Assembly (NCBI GenBank): GCA_965242725.1 | Contig: CBDESZ010000017.1 | Location: 32,001-96,000 of the forward strand | Reading direction: 5' to 3' | Origin: Alkalispirochaeta sp. | GTDB taxonomy: Bacteria > Spirochaetota > Spirochaetia > DSM-27196 > Alkalispirochaetaceae | DNA: 64,000 bases | Shown: one piece after another, positions 29,765 to 39,724 of the stretch | Layout of the letters: each line of letters starts with the position of its first letter | Position numbering within the stretch: position 1 is the first letter of the stretch | The notes under the pieces: model-generated | Databases searched by the model: none | Told to the model about the DNA's origin: nothing | What the model saw: the letters and a program-made list of their open reading frames with translations, nothing else | Position numbers and translations under genes: made by a program

Positions 29765-30280
29765 TCAGTCAATAGTCCCGATGTAGGGCAACCAGCGGTA
29801 TTTCTGGTCGAAATCGATTCCGTAACCGACGATAAAGAGATCGGGGATCTCCTTTCCCACATATTTCACCGGCACCTCCGCCTGACGCCGTGCGGGCTTA
29901 TCGATGAGGGTACATATTTCAAGGCTCGCAGGCCCTTCTAAAAGCAGCCGCTCTCTGATCCTGCTCAAGGTGAGACCGGTATCGATGATGTCCTCCACGA
30001 TCAATACGTGCCGCTCATGCACCGACTCATTGAGACCTTTCAGGATGACCAGCTCGCCCGTACTCTCCCTGCCGGCATATGACGTGGCCGCCATGAAATC
30101 GACTTCCGCCGGAATATTCAACGCCCGCATGAGGTCGGACATAAAGACAAAGGAGCCTTTCAGGAGTCCGATCATGAGCAGGTCTTTTCCGTCATAGTCA
30201 TCACGTATGCGTCGAGCCAGCTCCGATACCGTTTCTTTGATTTCCTCTTCAGTGAGGACCGGGTGAAGTTCAGGTTTCAT
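29765..30280 (-). CDS. hpt: Hypoxanthine phosphoribosyltransferase
   Basis: LLKGSFVF, VLIVEDIIDTGLTL, FIVGYGID. Confidence 0.95.
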   Translation of the reverse strand: MKPELHPVLTEEEIKETVSELARRIRDDYDGKDLLMIGLLKGSFVFMSDLMRALNIPAEVDFMAATSYAGRESTGELVILKGLNESVHERHVLIVEDIIDTGLTLSRIRERLLLEGPASLEICTLIDKPARRQAEVPVKYVGKEIPDLFIVGYGIDFDQKYRWLPYIGTID

Positions 30281-30339
30281 GGGGAATGAGTATACATGCG
30301 GGCGGCCACAATTAACATCGGGTTATGAAGATCGGGCAA

Positions 30340-30726
30340 TCAAGAACGGGATGCATTATAGTCGCGGACTGATTTTGTGATCATATCCAGAAGCGAATCG
30401 TCAAGCTCTCCCCGCTCCTCCTGCAGGCGGAGTATGACCTCTTCAGGTACGGGACCGGCGTCACCATAGAGGATTGCCGTCGCTTTCCAGGGACGTCCGC
30501 GCCCGTCGTCGCCGCTGGAGACATAATGACTGCTACGTTTGTTTCGATGCCACGTAAAGGCGCGCTCGACCTTGTTGCGGTTATAGCAGAGCTGAAATCC
30601 CACAAGCTCCCCCGCTGCCGATTCGTACCAGACGATCACATCAAAGAAATCGTTCACAAACCAGCGTCGAAATCCTTCGTCCGGTCGCTGTCGAACACCT
30701 TTATGTTCCACCAGGGGCTCACTCAT
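30340..30726 (-). CDS. Hypothetical protein (128 aa)
   Basis: Protein-like composition (RRWF..DFFDVIVW, GFQLCY) and a -10 box 6 nt upstream of ATG. Confidence 0.6.
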   Translation of the reverse strand: MSEPLVEHKGVRQRPDEGFRRWFVNDFFDVIVWYESAAGELVGFQLCYNRNKVERAFTWHRNKRSSHYVSSGDDGRGRPWKATAILYGDAGPVPEEVILRLQEERGELDDSLLDMITKSVRDYNASRS

Positions 30727-30802
30727 GGTGTAATAATACCGCACATTTCGCCCTTTGGCGTCGTCAACCCCGGTTGGAATGGACGCCTGCCGGGCGGATG
30801 CG

Positions 30803-31843
30803 TTACAACAGCGGGATTCCGGCGGAACGGCACGCCTCTTCCATCTCCGGCGGCCATATTCCGGACTGTATTTCGCCGATATGGGCCTTTCGCAGATAGA
30901 ACATGGCGAGACGACTCTGACCGATGCCGCCGCCGATAGATAAGGGAAGGTCGCCCGCAAGCAGACGTCGGTGGAAAGACAGTTCCCGCCGCTCCTCAAC
31001 GCCGCGAATGGTCAGCTGCCGCTCAAGGGCTTCACGGTCAACACGGACACCCATGGACGAGAGCTCAAATGCCATGTCGAGGACACGATTATACACGAGA
31101 ATATCGCCGTTCAGCCCGCGATAGTCCGGCGCAATTTCGGTTGACCAGTCGTCATAGTCGGGAGCACGTCCGTCATGGATCGAACCGTCGCCGAGGGCAC
31201 CGCCAATACCGATGACAAAGACCGCACCATGTTCCCGACAGATCTCCCGCTCACGTTCCTTGGGCGCAAGTCCGGGATAGCGGCGACGGAGATCTTCGGC
31301 GTGGATAAAGGTAATCCCCCGCGGCAACTCCGGCGTCAGCTCATCATATTCATGACAGATGTGACGTTCGGTTCTGCGGATCACATCGTAAATGATCTCC
31401 ACCGTCTCTTTCAGCGTTTCTATGGTTCGTTCTTCAGGTGTGATTGTCCGTTCCCAGTCCCACTGGTCGACGTATATTGAATGGGTGTTGTCCATGGCGT
31501 CGTCCGGTCGGAGGGCATTCATGTCCGTATACAGTCCCTCTCCCGGTTGAAAACCGAGGTCACCAAGGGCGACCCGTTTCCATTTTGCCAAAGACTGAAC
31601 GATTTCCGCCTCACGGTCGCCGAGACCGCCGATGTGGAAGCGAACGGGGCGCTCGACCCCGTTGAGATCGTCATTGATACCGGTCCCCGATTTTACGAAA
31701 AGCGGTGCCGTTACACGAATGAGGTTGAGCTCATAGGCCAAGGCGGTCTGAAATGCGTCCTTGATCGTCTGTATCGCCCGCTCAGTGTGGCGGGCGTCCA
31801 AAATCGGAACATACCCCGGGGGAATGATTAACGTGTCGCTCAT
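30803..31843 (-). CDS. asnA: Aspartate-ammonia ligase
   Basis: GINDDLNG.ERPV, SLAKWKR, HSIYVDQWDWE, GRAPDYDDW, GGGIGQSR. Confidence 0.96.
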   Translation of the reverse strand: MSDTLIIPPGYVPILDARHTERAIQTIKDAFQTALAYELNLIRVTAPLFVKSGTGINDDLNGVERPVRFHIGGLGDREAEIVQSLAKWKRVALGDLGFQPGEGLYTDMNALRPDDAMDNTHSIYVDQWDWERTITPEERTIETLKETVEIIYDVIRRTERHICHEYDELTPELPRGITFIHAEDLRRRYPGLAPKEREREICREHGAVFVIGIGGALGDGSIHDGRAPDYDDWSTEIAPDYRGLNGDILVYNRVLDMAFELSSMGVRVDREALERQLTIRGVEERRELSFHRRLLAGDLPLSIGGGIGQSRLAMFYLRKAHIGEIQSGIWPPEMEEACRSAGIPLL

Positions 31844-31928
31844 GTTGCGACTATATCAGATCACCCGCCCGGGGGCGAGGAGGCCTTCCGATGACGGAGA
31901 TCCGTCAATCACGAAAGGCCCACGATCG

Positions 31929-33536
31929 CTATCGCCGGGCCGCCCCCAACAGGCCGATATGCTTTTCAAAGTGGTGTCGCAGCATCTCAGAGTATTCGTT
32001 CTCGAAATGGTGCAGGGAAGCGTACAGCTTCCGCCGCAATTCCTTGTTTTGAAGGATACCGCCATAGGAAATATGGAGCATCTGCCGGGCATTTTCGTCG
32101 TCCAGGTACGCAGGCAGATCCCCGTCGGACTGCCGATCCAGCGGTGCAATCGCGTCGAAGTCGGCGGTTATGTGGTAGAAGTTGAGCGCCGTCGGATAGT
32201 AGGAAACGGCAAAGGCGTGGATCTCCCTGTAAAGGTCCGGCTCATTGACGGCAATCGTACGCAGCGCCTCGAGCCAGCTTGTACCGGAGGTCTTGAGGTG
32301 CAGTCGCATACCCGTCTCCCGTCCCACCACGGGATAGACTGAAAATTTGTCACTTCCGGAATGGACTGAAATCTTATAGTGACCGTACTTCTGCGCGATA
32401 AGACAGTGAACGCGGAACTGCGTCTCAAATGTATCAAGATCACCGATATAGTCTATCGCCTTCTGAAACTCCCCGATAAACCGGGGCGCGAGGCTGTTGA
32501 CGAGGACTCCCCGATGCTGCAGTTCCCGGGCGATGAACAGGTGATGCGCGGGGAGCGTGGGCGTCGTCGTTTCGTCTATCGAAATCTCCAGGTCATAGGC
32601 CCCTCCGGTGATCTCGTCGAGGTGGTCATTCACCTCCCGGCTGAACGATATGGCAGGACCGTACATCACGGCACATCGCTTTGCCTCAAGGGCGGAAAAC
32701 GAAATGGTCACCCCCTCGTCCAGCCTATACGTCTCGTCGCAATACTCCGAAAGGACCCGTGCCCGAAAGGTCTCGTCCAGTTCCAGGAATCCCTCTTCTA
32801 TTTCCGCTTCACTCCACTCGGCAACGTCCGGGCGCATGACCTCCGTCAAATCGAGGGTTATCATCGGCATCGATGCCGCGAGTGCAACATCGATGGAGGG
32901 TATGTTCTTGAGATGGTCACCGTCGGCACCGTAGCCGTCACGATATCCTTCTTGAAAGACGCACCATGTCGCGTTTGCCACCACATCGTCAAAGGTACGA
33001 CCGATGAAGTCGTTTTCCCGTACGCTCTGCTGGGCGAACACGGGGGAGATATCAAATTGTCGCGCCGCCCTGATGTGGCCCGCAGTTGCGATACCGAGGC
33101 GGTCGCCCATGCCGACAGTCGTTTTCCGCTCCCGCAGCGACGCCGGCTTCGTCCAGGGAAAGAGCTCATGAAGGGCGCGGGCGTTCTCCACGCTCAGCTC
33201 CGCCGTGCCGAGCCACATCCCGTCGGAGGAGTGTTCCGCCAGGCGAAGAGACCCGACGACATCGTCGTCAGGTCTGGCGGTGGACGCCGCGAAGAAGACG
33301 CGTGCGCCCTCGGGAATGTCGATATCACCGTCGATAAGAGCGTCGAGGCCGTATCGCGCCATTCCGTAGAGCAGTCCGTCCTTCCAGGTGAGACTGCGCA
33401 TATAGATCTGAACCGGCTCGTCGCCCAGGAGGGGACTTTCGGATGGGGAGAGTGCCGCAAGGCGGCGATGCAGACCTTCCTGTACACCGGGATCCAGAAG
33501 ATTTTCATTCTTGATACATGTAATGAGCTCGTTCAT
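31929..33536 (-). CDS. uxaE: Tagaturonate/fructuronate epimerase
   Basis: GMGDRLG.AT.GH, AQQSVRE, GADGDHLK, EISIDET, SVHSGSDKF, HLKTSGTSWLEALR. Confidence 0.9.
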   Translation of the reverse strand: MNELITCIKNENLLDPGVQEGLHRRLAALSPSESPLLGDEPVQIYMRSLTWKDGLLYGMARYGLDALIDGDIDIPEGARVFFAASTARPDDDVVGSLRLAEHSSDGMWLGTAELSVENARALHELFPWTKPASLRERKTTVGMGDRLGIATAGHIRAARQFDISPVFAQQSVRENDFIGRTFDDVVANATWCVFQEGYRDGYGADGDHLKNIPSIDVALAASMPMITLDLTEVMRPDVAEWSEAEIEEGFLELDETFRARVLSEYCDETYRLDEGVTISFSALEAKRCAVMYGPAISFSREVNDHLDEITGGAYDLEISIDETTTPTLPAHHLFIARELQHRGVLVNSLAPRFIGEFQKAIDYIGDLDTFETQFRVHCLIAQKYGHYKISVHSGSDKFSVYPVVGRETGMRLHLKTSGTSWLEALRTIAVNEPDLYREIHAFAVSYYPTALNFYHITADFDAIAPLDRQSDGDLPAYLDDENARQMLHISYGGILQNKELRRKLYASLHHFENEYSEMLRHHFEKHIGLLGAARR

Positions 33537-33537
33537 T

Positions 33538-34962
33538 TCATACCTCCCTGGGAACATCGTCGATCCCGAAATAGTCGTGGGCGTTGTACCAGCAGATATT
33601 CCGCACCATATCACCGAGAAGGTTCATGTCGTGCGGCGCTTCCCCGTTTTCAACCCATCCTCCCACAATGTCACAGAGGATGCGCCGGAAGTATTCATGG
33701 CGGGGAAAGCTGAGGAAGCTGCGACTGTCGGTGAGCATGCCGATAAACCGGCTCAACAATCCGAGGTTGGCCAGACTGGTCATCTGACGGATCATTCCGT
33801 CTTTCTGGTCGTTGAACCACCACCCCGAACCATGCTGAATCTTACCGGGAACCGTGCCGTCCTGAAAGTTCCCGATCATCGTTGCGAGCAGTTCATTGTC
33901 CCGCGGGTTGAGGCCGTACACGATCGTCCTTGGCAGCTTCTCTTTTTTGTCCAATCGATCAAGAAAGCCCGCCAGCGGCGCCGCCATCGGTCCGTCCGCA
34001 ATGGAGTCAAATCCTGAATCGGGACCAAGGGCGTTGAACATCCGGCTATTATTGTTTCTGAGCGCACCGATGTGAAGCTGGAAGACCCAACCACGCTCTG
34101 CATACTCCTCGCCGAGAAACTCAAGGACCGCCGTGGTGAAGGCATCTATCTCACGCTGTTCCGGAACCTCTCCTTTCAGGGCGAGAGCGAGGGTTCGATC
34201 CAGGGAGCGCTCCGTATATTCAGTGTTCACGGGAAGGATGAGCGCATGGTCACTGACGACACATCCCGCCTCGGCGAAGAAGGTGATCCGTCGACGAAGC
34301 GCCTCTTTGAGGTGCTGAAATGTGGTAATCCCGTCAAGGTTGGCCGTCGCCGCCAGCCTGGTGATCCACTCGCTGAACGCAGTCGGGTCTGAGAGGCCAT
34401 ACGCCTTGTCGGGACGAAAGGTCGGACGGACAACGACGGGATAGTCCGACGCGGCAAGAGCTTTGTGATGGCGAAGATCGTCCGTGGGATCATCGGTTGT
34501 TCCCACGTATCTGACGTTCATGCGGGTCAAAAGGTTTCGGACGGAAAAATCCGGCGCGCCGATCTGTTCGTTCGCCATGGACCATATGTTTTCCGCCGTT
34601 TGAGGTCCCAGTACGTCGGTAATACCGAAGTACCGTTGCAGCTCCAGATGAGTCCAGTGGTAGAGGGGATTACCTATGGTCTGCGGGACCGTATCGGCCC
34701 ATTTGAGAAACTTTTCCTTCCACGTGGCGTCGCCGGTTACGAATTGCTCGGCAACACCGTTGCTGCGCATGGCGCGCCACTTGTAGTGGTCACCTCCGAG
34801 CCAGACCTGGCCGATATTGTCAAAATGGTGGTCCTCGGCGATAGCTTCCGGCGAGAGATGGCAATGGAAGTCGTAAATGGGCATTTCCGCCGCGTACCGG
34901 TGGTAGAGATCCCGTGCCGTTCCCGTGGTCAGAAGAAAGTCTTCATCCATGAAAGACTTCAT
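33538..34962 (-). CDS. uxaC: Uronate isomerase
   Basis: DFHCHL, GDHYKWRAMR, GNPLYHWTHLEL, WWFND, TDSRSFLS.PRHEYFRR. Confidence 0.97.
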   Translation of the reverse strand: MKSFMDEDFLLTTGTARDLYHRYAAEMPIYDFHCHLSPEAIAEDHHFDNIGQVWLGGDHYKWRAMRSNGVAEQFVTGDATWKEKFLKWADTVPQTIGNPLYHWTHLELQRYFGITDVLGPQTAENIWSMANEQIGAPDFSVRNLLTRMNVRYVGTTDDPTDDLRHHKALAASDYPVVVRPTFRPDKAYGLSDPTAFSEWITRLAATANLDGITTFQHLKEALRRRITFFAEAGCVVSDHALILPVNTEYTERSLDRTLALALKGEVPEQREIDAFTTAVLEFLGEEYAERGWVFQLHIGALRNNNSRMFNALGPDSGFDSIADGPMAAPLAGFLDRLDKKEKLPRTIVYGLNPRDNELLATMIGNFQDGTVPGKIQHGSGWWFNDQKDGMIRQMTSLANLGLLSRFIGMLTDSRSFLSFPRHEYFRRILCDIVGGWVENGEAPHDMNLLGDMVRNICWYNAHDYFGIDDVPREV

Positions 34963-35783
34963 ATATTATCCACCAGAAAACCGCCGTCCACCGGAATGGT
35001 AACTCCCGTCACAAATCCAGAGGCCTTTCGGCTTGCCAGATAGACCGTCGCACCTTCCATATCTTCCATTTTTCCAAAGCGACCGAAGGGCGTCCGGTCG
35101 ATAATCGCCTGTCCCCGCGCCGTCAATTCTCCCGTCTTGTCGTCCGCGACGAGGAGTGCACGATTCTGATAGCCAAGGAAAAAGCCGGGAGCGATGCCGT
35201 TTACCCGGATCCCGTACCGGGCAAGCTCTTTGGCCGTTCCTTCGGTGAGATTTTTCACCGCGCTCTTGGCGGCGTTGTATGCCCAGACTCCCGAAAGCGC
35301 CTTGTAGCTGGTCATGGATGCGAGGTTGATAATCGACCCCGGTTGTTCCGCAGCAATCCACTCGCGGGCAAAGATCTTGGTGGGAATGACGAGTCCCGCG
35401 AGGAGGTTGAGGGAGAGAACCTTCTCAAAGTTCTTCACGTCAACATCCACAAAGTCGCCTTTTCCCGTATTCCCTCCGACACCGTTTACGAGAATCGTCG
35501 GCATTCCGAGGCGATCACGGGTCTCCGCAAAAGCGCGCACCACCGCTTCCTCATCGCCGGTATCGACGGTCACGGCGATCACCTTCTCCGCAGGTACGCC
35601 CGTCTCTTTCACAAGTGCGTCAGCCGCTTCCTGAACGGGATGATTTGTGCCCCGACCCCAGATCGCCACTCTTGCTCCGGACCGTGCGAGTGAGGAAGCC
35701 ATCGCGGACGGCAATACCCCGGCACCGCCGGTGACAACGGCGATGTCATCATTCAATGAGAACATCTGTTCTACATAATTCAT
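34959..35783 (-). CDS. SDR oxidoreductase, probably fructuronate/mannonate oxidoreductase
   Basis: VTGGAGVL, YNAAK, RVNGIAPGFF...QN, TPFGRFG; context next to uxaC. Confidence 0.82.
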   Translation of the reverse strand: MNYVEQMFSLNDDIAVVTGGAGVLPSAMASSLARSGARVAIWGRGTNHPVQEAADALVKETGVPAEKVIAVTVDTGDEEAVVRAFAETRDRLGMPTILVNGVGGNTGKGDFVDVDVKNFEKVLSLNLLAGLVIPTKIFAREWIAAEQPGSIINLASMTSYKALSGVWAYNAAKSAVKNLTEGTAKELARYGIRVNGIAPGFFLGYQNRALLVADDKTGELTARGQAIIDRTPFGRFGKMEDMEGATVYLASRKASGFVTGVTIPVDGGFLVDNI

Positions 35784-36541
35784 ATAATCTCCTTACGAAT
35801 AACGTGTACTTTTGCCGCTTCAAGAGCGCGGCATTGCTCCTCACTTCCATTGGTAATAAGGATCGAAATATCTCCGGGACCGGCGAAAATGCTGAACGCC
35901 TGAATCCCGATCTTTTCTCCATCCGCCACGACGATGCTGGTCCGGGCCGCCCCTATTGCGGCAGATTTGACCTGAGACTCCAGACTGTTCTGGGACGAAA
36001 ACTTGCCGTCGAGTGATATTCCGGTCGTTCCGAGAAATGCGTGGTCAAATTGAACGCTTCGCAGCGATTGTTCCGCCCAGGGACCGATAAAGCTACCTGC
36101 ATCGTGTCGATAAGATCCGCCGACGACAAGGAGCGTAATATTAGGCCGGTCCGCGAGGATATTGAGCACATTGAGACTGTTCGTCACCACACGTAATTCC
36201 ATCTCCTCCACACACCGGGCAATGCTTTCACAGGTGCTGCCCGAATCGAGGTAGATCGTCTCCCCGTGACTGACCAACTCGCTTGCCGCCTGGGCCAGGT
36301 ATTCCTTGACTTCCCGATTCTTCGCCTGCCGCGCAGGAAGGGACAGGTCGGGATCGAAACGCTCCGCGGCAACGGCGCCGCCGTGGGTTCGCCTGAGGTA
36401 GCCCTGCTCTTCCAGCAGTGCCAGATCCTTGCGAATGGTTACGTCGCTGACTTCCAGTCGGATCGACAGCTCGGCGACCCTGATACTTTCACGTGCCTTG
36501 ATGATTGCGAGTATTGCGTTACGTCGTTCCGATGAAGTCAC
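35780..36541 (-). CDS. DeoR/GlpR-family regulator of the hexuronate operon
   Basis: VSDVTIRKDL..LE..G.L.RTHGGA, LDSGST, VTNSL. Confidence 0.92.
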   Translation of the reverse strand: MTSSERRNAILAIIKARESIRVAELSIRLEVSDVTIRKDLALLEEQGYLRRTHGGAVAAERFDPDLSLPARQAKNREVKEYLAQAASELVSHGETIYLDSGSTCESIARCVEEMELRVVTNSLNVLNILADRPNITLLVVGGSYRHDAGSFIGPWAEQSLRSVQFDHAFLGTTGISLDGKFSSQNSLESQVKSAAIGAARTSIVVADGEKIGIQAFSIFAGPGDISILITNGSEEQCRALEAAKVHVIRKEII

Positions 36542-36591
36542 TTACGTTTCCTTTGCAAAAACACACTATCCCGAAAGTAACACGCTGTCAA
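36542..36591 (-). promoter_or_regulatory. Sigma70 promoter and candidate DeoR operator for the hexuronate operon
   Basis: Minus strand TTGACA(36591-36586)-17 bp-TAGTGT(36568-36563); imperfect inverted half-sites TTACGTTTC (36542) and GAAAGTAA (36573). Confidence 0.62.
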
Positions 36592-36597
36592 ACCATG

Positions 36598-37886
36598 TGA
36601 AGTATTCATAAGCCTGTTGATACGGCCGCCAGGAGATCCCGGGCCGCATACCCGGGAACCCTGACGGTCGTACCTTTCTGCCCCTTCTTCCACCGCACCG
36701 GCGGCGTCGCGACCTGTGCAAGAAAGACCTCCCGGATCGATTCCGGTATCGCCTGCCGGGTCACCCGGTATCGTCGGGTATAGAACCGTTCATTCAACCC
36801 GCGGATCAATTCCGACGAGATCCCCGCCGCAGAGGCGTGACTTCCCATCTCTGCCCGCTTCTCCCGCCACGGCCGCACGCAGTTATGGTTCCACCCGAAT
36901 ACCCACGCCCGATGCATCTGTATCGTTCCATGACGCCCGAAGGCGATCGTCTCCCGGGTATGTTCCTTCTCCCGGTGCCGCAACAGCCGGTCAACATAGT
37001 TTACCGGAAACAACCGGTTCTCCATCGTCCGCGGGGCACTCCCCGCGGTCCGGATATGCGTCAGCTGCCCCGCCGTCCGGAGATGCCGGTAACAGTCGTT
37101 CGACCGGAGAACCGATCGATACACCGGGTGTTCGTCGGTGTCGATAACAATCGGTGCCGTGCAGGTATATCGGACATAGTCGAGTATTTCACGACACAAC
37201 AGAGAGATAGCGCTCCCCACCGCCCCCTTCGTCGGAGACCATACGGCGTACTTTCGCCGCCGTCGTCGTCGTTGTCGGGATGTCATGGTACCGCCCCGAC
37301 GGGTGATGGTATGGGTCATGGTCAGGATCATCTCACCGGTTCGACTGACCACCGTGGTAATATCGCAGGGGTAGTCCTGGGAGGTCACGAATGACCGCAG
37401 GCCGTCGAAGACGACATTCCGGAGGGGTGGCATGGTATCCAGCAGATGGATATGCCCGATCATTGCCTGACGACCGAGGCGCAGAACGGCGTTTCGTATC
37501 GCTGCCGGAGAGACGTGGTAGCGAGTCGCCGCTTCGCGCATGGAAGCGCCGCCGGTGAGGGTGGTGGAGATCGCCTTGAGGGGGAGGCGTCGTTTGGCGT
37601 AGTAGTGCATGGATTCGGTCTGATCACTGAAGGTCTTGCCGCAGGCGATACAGCGATAGCGCGGGACGGTTCCGTGGGCCACTGTATCGTAGGAGCCGAA
37701 GCGGACGCGCCAACGGGGCGGCGGATGGTGGAAATGGCGACAGGCAGGATTGGAACAATGGGTCGGAATGGGCATGAGGGATACCTCCGGGGTACGGATC
37801 GGGAACCCGCAAAGTTGGGTTCCCGTCATAACTCCCTACACACCAATGACTACTGTCACTTTTTCAACACGCTTGTGAATACTTCA
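36598..37886 (-). mobile_element. Insertion sequence of about 1.29 kb, IS1/IS1595-like, with 23-bp terminal inverted repeats
   Basis: TGAAGTATTCATAAGCCTGTTGA (36598-36620) and the reverse complement of 37864-37886 (TGAAGTATTCACAAGCGTGTTGA) match at 21/23 and flank a single transposase ORF. No target-site duplication is visible. Confidence 0.85.
36606..37775 (-). CDS. Transposase (Zn-finger-HTH-catalytic domain, IS1/IS1595-like)
   Basis: CSNPAC...RYRCIACGKTFS zinc ribbon, HTH (SMREAATRY.VS), VVFD, IDTDE, FPVNYVDRLLR; GGAGG SD before ATG 37775. Confidence 0.8.
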   Translation of the reverse strand: MPIPTHCSNPACRHFHHPPPRWRVRFGSYDTVAHGTVPRYRCIACGKTFSDQTESMHYYAKRRLPLKAISTTLTGGASMREAATRYHVSPAAIRNAVLRLGRQAMIGHIHLLDTMPPLRNVVFDGLRSFVTSQDYPCDITTVVSRTGEMILTMTHTITRRGGTMTSRQRRRRRRKYAVWSPTKGAVGSAISLLCREILDYVRYTCTAPIVIDTDEHPVYRSVLRSNDCYRHLRTAGQLTHIRTAGSAPRTMENRLFPVNYVDRLLRHREKEHTRETIAFGRHGTIQMHRAWVFGWNHNCVRPWREKRAEMGSHASAAGISSELIRGLNERFYTRRYRVTRQAIPESIREVFLAQVATPPVRWKKGQKGTTVRVPGYAARDLLAAVSTGL

Positions 37887-39704
37887 AACATTACGCGGTA
37901 AGTCGTGTCCCGCTTCCAGCGGATTCTGGGCCTCATAGGGAGAAAGGTAAACCCGCGGCCGCGGCCGGACGACGATCTCCTCACACACCCGGGCGAGGCG
38001 CAGGAGGAGAGCCTCCTCCCAATGGCGTCCCATAAACTGGACCCCGACGGGGACCTGAGAGTAGATATTGCCGTCCTCGTCGGTTTCGTCAATTTCGTGC
38101 CAGAACTTCTTGCTCCGGGCGGTGATAAAACCGGCGGGAACGGAGACCGCGGGATATCCCAGCATATTTGCCGGCACGACGTATCTCATCGTCCTGGTCA
38201 ACGACGAAAAGTCGGAGACCCCCGACAGGAGGCGGCTTCGATGCAACCGGGGAGGCAGGTTGGCCGTCGTTGGCGTGGCGATGACATCAACATCGGCAAA
38301 GACATTCCGGAAAATTGTAAGCATCCGATTCCGCACCTGCTGCGACTTGATGTAATCGCCCGAGGTCAGGTACTTCGCGAGGGCAAGACTTGCCCTGCTT
38401 TCATTACTGAAGTCGGTACGGTGATCCTTGAAGGTATCAGAAAGAGCAGCACGCATCTCCGTCGAAATGGTGATGAGGTGGGCGATACGTAAGCTGTCGA
38501 GTTCCGGAATATCCACATCCACAACTTTGGCGCCCTGCTTTTTCAATTCGTCTATGAGATTGCCGGCGGTATCAACCACTTCCGGACGGGCGTGTTCAAA
38601 CCACGGCCTATAGACGCCAATCCGCAGGCCCTTAATATCGTCCCGGAACCCGTCAAGATGCGGTCGGGGACGTCCTTGTGACCGGGGATCGTTCCTGTCC
38701 GGGCCTGCGATGGTGAGATACATCAGGGCGAGATCGCGGGCATTTCCCGCCATGGGTCCGACATTTGAGACCGTCCTGGCGAGAGGAAACTCCCCGCGGT
38801 CGCTGGTCCTTCCCATAGTGAGCTTCAGCCCGAAAACACCGCAGTAGGCGGCGGGGATTCGTACCGAGCCGCCTCCGTCGGCACCAAGGGCGGCGGGGCA
38901 GATCCCCGATGCGACGACGCTGGCACTTCCGGAAGAAGAACCACCGGGATATCGCCACGGCGCATAAGGGTTGACGGGCGTGCCGTAAAATGGATTGAGA
39001 CCGGTCACACCGAGGCCTACTTCATGCATATTGGTTTTCCCCAGAATGATCGCCCCGGCCTCGCGAAGGCGTGCGACAACCCACGCGTCCTGTTCGGCAG
39101 GATGGAGGGTCAGAAAGCTCGTTCCGAGGGAAGTGTTGTAACCGGCAACATCGATTTCATCCTTCACGGCGACAGGAACGCCTTCAAGGATCGAGCGACT
39201 GCTCCCTTCGGAAAACCGTCGTTCCGATTCTGTCGCCTGCATTCTAATATCGTCGGCATTCCACCCGATGAATCCGTACAGGGGAGGATTCCCACTGTCC
39301 TGATGTTCCAAAACGTGAATGATCCGGTCGGCGACCTGTCCCGGCCGGAGCGTCCCGTCACGGTATGCCCGGGCGTAGTCCCCAATGGAGGGGAATATCC
39401 AGCTGTCCCGGGGGCGCTGAGTCGTACCGATCATTTCCAGAAGCGATTCGTCGGGCAAAGGATCGGGAGCTTCCTCGCTCCGTGACCGTTCCGTCGTTGT
39501 TCCAGCTTCCGATGGATAACCGGTGGAGTACCACACCGGCGCTTCATCGTACCCGCGTCGCCGGAACGCTTCGATTCCCATGACCGACAGAAAGAGCCGC
39601 GCCGGAAGCTTGCCGACGAAAGGATGTTCCAACAACGACGCGAGAAAAAGCAGCCTTGCCCCTTCAATACGCGGGGTGTCAATATTTTTCAGGTCATAGG
39701 CCAT
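37884..39704 (-). CDS. Amidase-signature enzyme resembling fatty acid amide hydrolase
   Basis: VAVKD (Lys), GKTNMHE, PGGSSSGS, GADGGGSVRIPA (Ser-cisSer-Lys triad). Confidence 0.88.
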   Translation of the reverse strand: MAYDLKNIDTPRIEGARLLFLASLLEHPFVGKLPARLFLSVMGIEAFRRRGYDEAPVWYSTGYPSEAGTTTERSRSEEAPDPLPDESLLEMIGTTQRPRDSWIFPSIGDYARAYRDGTLRPGQVADRIIHVLEHQDSGNPPLYGFIGWNADDIRMQATESERRFSEGSSRSILEGVPVAVKDEIDVAGYNTSLGTSFLTLHPAEQDAWVVARLREAGAIILGKTNMHEVGLGVTGLNPFYGTPVNPYAPWRYPGGSSSGSASVVASGICPAALGADGGGSVRIPAAYCGVFGLKLTMGRTSDRGEFPLARTVSNVGPMAGNARDLALMYLTIAGPDRNDPRSQGRPRPHLDGFRDDIKGLRIGVYRPWFEHARPEVVDTAGNLIDELKKQGAKVVDVDIPELDSLRIAHLITISTEMRAALSDTFKDHRTDFSNESRASLALAKYLTSGDYIKSQQVRNRMLTIFRNVFADVDVIATPTTANLPPRLHRSRLLSGVSDFSSLTRTMRYVVPANMLGYPAVSVPAGFITARSKKFWHEIDETDEDGNIYSQVPVGVQFMGRHWEEALLLRLARVCEEIVVRPRPRVYLSPYEAQNPLEAGHDLPRNV

Positions 39705-39724
39705 GAACGATCTCCTTGGAGAAA

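Noticed and set aside
30281..30340. Second purine riboswitch upstream of hpt
   Set aside because: Only about 60 bp of intergenic space, no aptamer core, and a -10 box directly before the ATG.
36585..37900. Target-site duplication around the IS
   Set aside because: Flanks AAACCATG and AACATTAC are similar but not identical, and no boundary choice gives a clean direct repeat.
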